Source: an uncultured archaeon
Lineage (GTDB): Archaea > Asgardarchaeota > Heimdallarchaeia > Heimdallarchaeales > Heimdallarchaeaceae
Length of the DNA: 13,322 nucleotides
Assembly (NCBI GenBank): GCA_964534625.1
Contig: CAZHRF010000064.1
Coordinates: forward strand, 1 to 13,322
Reading direction: 5' to 3'
The translations under genes and the position numbers were made by a program. How positions within the stretch are numbered: position 1 is the stretch's first letter; every line of letters begins with the position of its first letter. The notes beneath the pieces were generated by a model. The model worked only from the letters and a program-made list of their open reading frames with translations, ran no database searches and was not told the DNA's origin. This document shows, piece by piece, positions 7,637-13,322 of this stretch.

Positions 7637-8692
7637 TCATTTTTTTTGCTTTTTGTTTTTAATCAATATACTCGCCCCCTCTATAATGAAGAAGGGCACA
7701 TAGATATATGAAAAGAAAACAATCAATCTAGTGCTAAATTGATCACCTGAAGCATAAATGTCGGTAATAACCTCGCCTAATTTTATCAAAGGATATAAAG
7801 CTGTATAACCCCCATTTGTTTTATGTTCGATATCGTATCCTGACCCACCAGCTTCATAGAGGTAAGAAGCATTTCTTGATTTTAATTGTTCAAAAATGGC
7901 TTCTTCAGTAAATTCTTCTGTTTTCAATAGAGTCCAACTATAAACTGTTTCTGGATAGTGCATGTCAGTACCTGTGATCATGCCGAGATCATTATCTTTG
8001 CAAAAATCAACAGAGACTTGATCATATTCATCTTCATTAATTACTTCAATATAATCAATCCCCCAGTCCAATAATATTTCACGGGAGGGCTGGTTTCTAC
8101 AAAATCGTTCAGACCAAGGATAATGATTAAGCACCACTACACCCCCTAAAGCGTGTGTATCATTTATTATTTGCTTGATTTCATTGTCTGTAGGTGTATA
8201 TGTATAAGAACTAGTGGGAAATAACCCACCTGAAGGTAAAAAGACATCAATGTCTTCAGCAGTTAAATTTGGTGGAAAGATTAAATTTAGATGAACACGA
8301 TCGGTTGTCCATTCAACTCCAGGTAAAACTTTTATCTTGTCGTCAAATTCAGTTCTTGCTATTTCGCGTATCTTATCTATCCCTTGCAAGGTATTATGAT
8401 CCGTTAAAACCATGGCATTGAATCCCATGGCGATATGCCATTGAATATTTTGCTTAGGAGAGAGATAGCCATCACTATAATACGTATGAGAATGATGATC
8501 TAATACAATATTATATTCTGAAATATTGTAATTTGGTGTGTAAGCATAGTCATCCCATTCATTATCTGCATAAACAAACTCTGATGGAGCGAGATATGCA
8601 AACCTGATAGCTACAAATAAAAAGAACCATACCACAATATTGAAGACGAGAAAATGAATAAGAAACTGCTTTAGGTGGTTGTTCATAAACAT
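7637..8692 (-). CDS. Membrane-anchored PHP-domain metallo-phosphoesterase
   Basis: DHHSHTYYSDG, LTDHN, GVEW, NH and GTDMH are PHP motifs, with hydrophobic segments at both termini. The start could be ATG 8686. Confidence 0.85.
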   Translation of the reverse strand: MFMNNHLKQFLIHFLVFNIVVWFFLFVAIRFAYLAPSEFVYADNEWDDYAYTPNYNISEYNIVLDHHSHTYYSDGYLSPKQNIQWHIAMGFNAMVLTDHNTLQGIDKIREIARTEFDDKIKVLPGVEWTTDRVHLNLIFPPNLTAEDIDVFLPSGGLFPTSSYTYTPTDNEIKQIINDTHALGGVVVLNHYPWSERFCRNQPSREILLDWGIDYIEVINEDEYDQVSVDFCKDNDLGMITGTDMHYPETVYSWTLLKTEEFTEEAIFEQLKSRNASYLYEAGGSGYDIEHKTNGGYTALYPLIKLGEVITDIYASGDQFSTRLIVFFSYIYVPFFIIEGASILIKNKKQKK

Positions 8693-8707
8693 GCTGGACT
8701 AAATTCT

Positions 8708-8715
8708 TTTATAAA
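8708..8715 (-). promoter_or_regulatory. Putative TATA box of the PHP gene
   Basis: TTTATAAA lies 22-29 nt upstream of ATG 8686. Confidence 0.45.
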
Positions 8716-8834
8716 TATGCTGTTCTTCTTATTTATTTTTATTGATAAAATAAACTTTGTTGGTAAAATCAGATAAGTTTCGGCCACGTTTTGACTCATA
8801 AATTCGAACACTTCAATGATCAAATTTACTCATT

Positions 8835-8878
8835 GAGAGTCTAAGGGGAGTAAGGTGTATATGTCCCCCTTGACACTC
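8835..8878. other. GC-rich intergenic stem-loop of unknown function
   Basis: GAGAGTCTAAGGGG ... CCCCTTGACACTC can form ~12 bp with one mismatch and one bulge. Confidence 0.45.
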
Positions 8879-9144
8879 GAAGATAGTTTTGAAGATGAGA
8901 GTGAATAGTGATCGAAAAGATAAAAAAAGCAAAACATGCACATGATACATTAAATGGGAAAAAGAGGAAAGATAAGAAAAAATGAGCGGTATTGAAGAAC
9001 ATAAATTTATTAGTACTTCTGAATTAAGTAAAAATTAGCGTTTTTATCCATCTAGACTGCATTTTTGCTTATGTGATCACAAAAAAAACACAGCATTTGA
9101 ATACTATTTCGGAAGTACTGAAAAGAAAAAAAAATATTTATGAC

Positions 9145-9651
9145 TTATTTCCAAGCCATTTCAAATCTGTGTACGTCGCCCACAGTCTCTGCTTTCATAG
9201 ATTTAAGATTATTTCCAAACATTCGAATTATACCTGTAAGATATCCTTCGATTAATGAGCTTGGTTGTATTTTTCCAGCTTCAATAATTGCATGTCCTTC
9301 TTCATATTCTATTGTGCGTGGGGGGTCTCTAGGCGGTGTGTCTTTTACGAATGCACCAAAGAATTTACCATAATCCTTTAGTATTGAATCTGCTGAAGAA
9401 TAACCTTGAGCTTGAAATGATTCCTTTGACTTTGTAACAATCTTTGTACCGACGCTTTTTGTAACTATATCACCCAATCGATTTGAAATTGCAGTAACTA
9501 TTTCACAATATTCATCCCAAGAGTACCATTTATTACCATCCATCTGATCTACTTTTTCTTTATATTCAGGAAAAATGACTTCAGCTGACAACAATGAATT
9601 CACGACAAATTTAAAAAATTGTCCGTATAATTTACCTGGCAATTTATTCAC
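9145..9651 (-). CDS. Hypothetical 168-aa protein, possible V4R/H-NOX-like small ligand-binding fold
   Basis: GTG start with a TATA box at suitable spacing. The pattern 'KWYS..EY', 'VG..I', 'P..LIEGYLTG' and terminal 'FEMAW' resembles V4R/H-NOX-like proteins; the fold is inferred. Confidence 0.6.
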   Translation of the reverse strand: MNKLPGKLYGQFFKFVVNSLLSAEVIFPEYKEKVDQMDGNKWYSWDEYCEIVTAISNRLGDIVTKSVGTKIVTKSKESFQAQGYSSADSILKDYGKFFGAFVKDTPPRDPPRTIEYEEGHAIIEAGKIQPSSLIEGYLTGIIRMFGNNLKSMKAETVGDVHRFEMAWK

Positions 9652-9673
9652 CGAATATAATTATACATTTAAA

Positions 9674-9690
9674 TTTATAAATATTGTTTT
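9674..9690 (-). promoter_or_regulatory. Putative BRE/TATA promoter of the 168-aa gene
   Basis: Minus strand reads AAAACAATA-TTTATAAA, with the TATA 23-30 nt upstream of GTG 9651. Confidence 0.5.
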
Positions 9691-9909
9691 GGTGTCAACT
9701 AAACGAAAAAGTATAACCCAGACGTGTATTTGAAGTGTTCATGACCGCCCATTTGTTAATTATCTTCAATATACCAACTATCATTCGCATCACAAATAAT
9801 ACTCATTGGATATAAACAATTATTCTTTAAAAACTGATTACACTTAAGATAATCTTTATATTATAACATTTATAGATACTAATGTAACAATTCCATAAAA
9901 GGTTTTCAG

Positions 9910-11103
9910 ATGGTAAATAAAGGCAAATTTGACATTGAAATAGAGAGTGATAAAGGGAAAGAAGATATTTTATCATTTATTAATAATCATAATTTTAATT
10001 TTAAATTAGAAGATGAAGAGAGAATAATCGAAAGATTACGATTTATTGCACGTAAAAACAATTTTAAGAATTTTGAGGAGCTTCTTAGTCTCTTTAAGAA
10101 GGACAAGGGTGTAGTTGATGATACGTTAGAATTTCTGAATAAAGGGGTTATATATAATCAAAAAACTGGTGATTTTTCGCCTTTAATCAAAAGAAAAAAG
10201 TCAATTCAAGATTATGTTGATGATAAAAGAGAACCCAAAAAAAAGAAAAAGAAAAAACGAAGAAGAAGGATTATTAATTCCCCCCAACAATCAGTTATTT
10301 TTAACAATCCTACTGATACAGAGAATATTAATCGAATTCTTCGTATAATGGAAAAACACAACATCAATCATGAAGTGTATAAAACAAGTTATCTAATGAG
10401 AAGATTACATCACAGAATGAGAAGACTAAATATTGATCGTTACTATGATTATGCTAGATATCTTGAAACTGATTTAAATGAGTCTAGTCATTTACACAAA
10501 AGCCTTTCTATAAATGTTACCCGTTTTTTTCGTAATAAAGATATGTACGAGATTCTTCGCGACTCTGTTCTCTCTGAAGTTTTCGAATTCAAAGGTTCCA
10601 TTAAAATATGGAGTGCAGGGTGTGCTGTGGGGTGTGAACCCTATTCGGTTGCCATGCTAATAGATCGGCATTTTAATGAAAAAGATAAAAGAAGAGTGAG
10701 TATTACTGCTTCAGATATAAGTTATGAGTTTATAGACAAAGCGAGAGAAGGACTATTTGGAAAAGATTTACTTAAAGAAACAGATAAACTATATCTTTTG
10801 AAGTATTTTCAGCTTAGAGGTGAAAAATATCGCATATCTCCCACTCTGAGTAGATACATCCACTTTAGAACACATGATTTACAAGTTAAGCCACCAATTA
10901 TTAATTTGAATCTTATTCTGTGTAGGAATGTACTTATCTACTTTTCGAAAGAACAAAGCAAAGAATTATTCGTAAATCTCGCTAATGTGTTAAAACCAGG
11001 TGGTTTTCTTATCCTCGGTAAATCAGAAATTATGCGTGGGGCTGTTCGAGACGAGTTTGAAGTTTACGATGCAAACACTAGAATATATCGAAAAATTGTA
11101 TGA
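9910..11103 (+). CDS. cheR: Protein-glutamate O-methyltransferase CheR with N-terminal extension
   Basis: YK..YLMRRL..RM, SINVTRFFRN, IWSAGCAVGCEPYS, ASDIS, LILCRNVLIYF, LKPGGFLILGKSE. Confidence 0.95.
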   Translation: MVNKGKFDIEIESDKGKEDILSFINNHNFNFKLEDEERIIERLRFIARKNNFKNFEELLSLFKKDKGVVDDTLEFLNKGVIYNQKTGDFSPLIKRKKSIQDYVDDKREPKKKKKKKRRRRIINSPQQSVIFNNPTDTENINRILRIMEKHNINHEVYKTSYLMRRLHHRMRRLNIDRYYDYARYLETDLNESSHLHKSLSINVTRFFRNKDMYEILRDSVLSEVFEFKGSIKIWSAGCAVGCEPYSVAMLIDRHFNEKDKRRVSITASDISYEFIDKAREGLFGKDLLKETDKLYLLKYFQLRGEKYRISPTLSRYIHFRTHDLQVKPPIINLNLILCRNVLIYFSKEQSKELFVNLANVLKPGGFLILGKSEIMRGAVRDEFEVYDANTRIYRKIV

Positions 11104-11124
11104 AATTACGTAAGAGTGATTTAA

Positions 11125-12231
11125 ATGGAAACTAAAAAAGAAATAAAAGTGTTTATTATTGATGATTCAGCCCTTTTTAGGCAATATTTAACTGAAGTAA
11201 TTGAAAAACATGGACAACAAATACGCGTAGTAGGATCCGCACCTAATGGAAAAGTAGCTCTTAACAAATTAAGCATAGAAAAATATGAATCAGATTTAGT
11301 TATTGTCGACATGGTTATGCCTGAAATGAACGGTGTGGAAGTAATAAATGAAATCATGAAAAATGATCCTTTACCTATTATTGCTATTTCAGCTTTTAAA
11401 AGTAAAGAAGAAGTAAACAAAGCATTTAACCAAATGGGCTTGGAATTATTTGAATCTGGTGCAGTAGAATTTTTGGAAAAACCTCTTAGTAGTAAAAAAA
11501 AGGATAAAACACGCTTTGAATCTCATCTAATAAAAACCATCATAGCTCACTCAAATATCAATCTGATAAGTTCTTTTACAAAATATAGAAAACCGTTACC
11601 TGAGGAAGAAAGAAAATCTACAGTTCAAACTATAGAATTAGACTGTACCCGAGTAGCTCCCGATAACCAACGGTTAATTGTTATTGGTGCATCAACAGGT
11701 GGTCCTAAAGCTATTTCATTTTTACTTTCACAATTGGGTGCCAAACATCCCCCCATTATTATCATACAACATATGCCTGAAGCAATGATGAAAACTTGGT
11801 CACGAAACCTAAAAAACAGGTATAAATCACTAAATATTCAATTAGCTAAAACGAATAATGGATTACGACCAAATCACATTTATGTTGTTCCTGGTGGGGT
11901 GCATTGTGATGTTGTTGAGGGCAATCGTCTTAAATTGTGGGCTGGTGAAAAAATAAATTATGTTGCTCCTTCAATTGATGTTACACTGAAATCAGCAGCA
12001 AGAATATATGGTTCTAATATACTGGCTTTAGTTTTAACCGGTATGGGACATGATGGAATGGACGGATGTCGAGCTGTAAAAGCTAATGGTGGAGTTGTTT
12101 TTACTGAAGATGAAACGACGAGTGTGATCCACTCAATGCCTCAAGCTATTATTGAAAATAATTTGGCAGATAAAATTGTTCCATTGCATAAGATACCTGC
12201 GGTTCTCAGAATAAATAAATGGACAACTTAA
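11125..12231 (+). CDS. cheB: Chemotaxis response regulator protein-glutamate methylesterase CheB
   Basis: Receiver domain (IIDDS, IVDMVMPEMNG, EKP) plus esterase triad motifs GASTGG, QHMP and LTGMGHDG. SD-like GAGTGAT upstream; 21 nt after cheR. Confidence 0.96.
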   Translation: METKKEIKVFIIDDSALFRQYLTEVIEKHGQQIRVVGSAPNGKVALNKLSIEKYESDLVIVDMVMPEMNGVEVINEIMKNDPLPIIAISAFKSKEEVNKAFNQMGLELFESGAVEFLEKPLSSKKKDKTRFESHLIKTIIAHSNINLISSFTKYRKPLPEEERKSTVQTIELDCTRVAPDNQRLIVIGASTGGPKAISFLLSQLGAKHPPIIIIQHMPEAMMKTWSRNLKNRYKSLNIQLAKTNNGLRPNHIYVVPGGVHCDVVEGNRLKLWAGEKINYVAPSIDVTLKSAARIYGSNILALVLTGMGHDGMDGCRAVKANGGVVFTEDETTSVIHSMPQAIIENNLADKIVPLHKIPAVLRINKWTT

Positions 12232-12281
12232 TACCGCTGGTTGGTTGAATAAAAAGAAGATTGAATAAATTGCATTTTTTG

Positions 12282-13322
12282 TCAGGATAGTAACTTATGA
12301 ATATTTGTTAATAATTCATTTTTTGAAAAAGGTTTTTGGAGAAATGCATCAATGTCTTGGGAAACTTCATTCATATACCCACTAATTACTATGATTGGTA
12401 TTTTCTTATGATATGGCTTATTTTTTATTGATTCGATTAATTCTTTTCCATCCATTATAGGCATCATTATATCAGTAATTATAAGTGAAAAATCAAAATC
12501 ATGTTCCAATAAAGAAAGTGCTTCCTGACCGTTTTTTGCGTCTATAACCTCATACCCATCGTTTTCAAGCATGGTTTTAATTAATAAACGGATATCATCA
12601 TTATCGTCAACAAGTAGAATTTTTTGATACTCTTTTTTCTTTTGTGTGTTAACACCAATTTTTTCCGTATTTCTAAATTTTATTGAAGAAGAATAAGTTG
12701 GTAAATATATATTGGCGCAGGTACCTTCATTAACCTCACTTTCGACATGAATATATCCTTTGTTTTGTCTGACAATACCATATGCTTGAGCTAATCCTAA
12801 TCCATAATGATTAGCTTTTGTTGTAAAAAAAGGCTCAAAAATATATTCTAGTACATTATCATCCATTCCTATACCTTCATCACTTATTTGTATATGTATA
12901 TAGAAACCATGTTCAATATCAACTATTTCATGATCTTTAACGTTTTTATAGTTAACCAGATCAATAGTGACATAAATGGTTGACGCTTTTTCTAGAGCCT
13001 CAGAGGCATTTCTTATAAGACTAAACATTAATTCATGTAATTGAGAGGAATCAATTAATAAAAAAGCTAAAGGTATTTTAGAACGTACTTGGATTTTTTC
13101 GATCATAGGGAATTTTAATAATGGAATAAAATCATCCAAAAAAGTATTAATCTCAATTACTTCAGTTTTATAAAAACTCTTTTGACTGAAATTCAGAATT
13201 TTTTGAATAAGTTCATGACCTTTATTTGTATTTCTTAAAATCATTGATAACAAATGACTATTTTCAGAACAACAGTCACTTTTTTTAATGATTTCAGTCG
13301 CACCAGATATAACTGAAAAAAT
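12282..13322 (-). CDS. Hybrid sensor histidine kinase/response regulator (HisKA-HATPase-REC), 5' end outside window
   Basis: Frame is open to the edge (...IFSVISGATEII..., the helix following an H-box). N box LIRNASEA, G1 ISDEGIGM, F box IFEPFFTTK, G2 GLGLA, receiver LLVDD / ITDIMMPIMDG / QKP. Confidence 0.93.
   Translation of the reverse strand: MFSVISGATEIIKKSDCCSENSHLLSMILRNTNKGHELIQKILNFSQKSFYKTEVIEINTFLDDFIPLLKFPMIEKIQVRSKIPLAFLLIDSSQLHELMFSLIRNASEALEKASTIYVTIDLVNYKNVKDHEIVDIEHGFYIHIQISDEGIGMDDNVLEYIFEPFFTTKANHYGLGLAQAYGIVRQNKGYIHVESEVNEGTCANIYLPTYSSSIKFRNTEKIGVNTQKKKEYQKILLVDDNDDIRLLIKTMLENDGYEVIDAKNGQEALSLLEHDFDFSLIITDIMMPIMDGKELIESIKNKPYHKKIPIIVISGYMNEVSQDIDAFLQKPFSKNELLTNIHKLLS

Noticed and set aside
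8843-8852. AAGGGGAGTA resembling the start of a yybP-ykoY riboswitch
   Set aside because: The remaining conserved elements are not evident, and there is no downstream plus-strand gene to regulate.
8813-8950. 45-codon minus-strand ORF (MYHVHVLLFLSF...) across the intergenic hairpin
   Set aside because: Short, with no motif or expression signal; it is expected by chance.
9073-9373. Plus-strand ORFs 9073-9255 and 9140-9373
   Set aside because: Antisense to the better-supported 168-aa gene.
11121-11420. 99-aa minus-strand ORF
   Set aside because: Antisense shadow of the CheB receiver domain.
13251-13253. TTG start for the histidine kinase
   Set aside because: The frame continues without a stop to the window edge and the H-box has not yet appeared, so the real start is outside the window.
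1-13322. CRISPR array, tRNA or rRNA genes
   Set aside because: No regularly spaced repeats or recognisable structural RNA gene signatures were seen.

Overview
AT-rich prokaryotic window, most likely archaeal and plausibly Asgard. This is inferred from TATA-like boxes 22-32 nt before operon-leading start codons, oligo-T terminators and the gene content. In order: the 3' part of an IS200/IS605 tnpB with its omegaRNA/right end; an SDR-type L-threonine 3-dehydrogenase; a CBS-containing GuaB-fold enzyme interrupted just before its catalytic Cys by a 450-aa LAGLIDADG intein, whose extein motifs look more like GMP reductase than IMPDH; an atypical metallo-beta-lactamase-fold protein; a Tat-less reductive-dehalogenase-family protein fused to an ABCE1/RLI-like Fe-S domain; a doubly membrane-anchored PHP hydrolase; a small V4R/H-NOX-like protein divergent from a stand-alone cheR-cheB pair (CheR has a duplicated N-domain and a polybasic tract); and the 3' part of a hybrid histidine kinase. 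All calls come from motif reading only; no searches were run.
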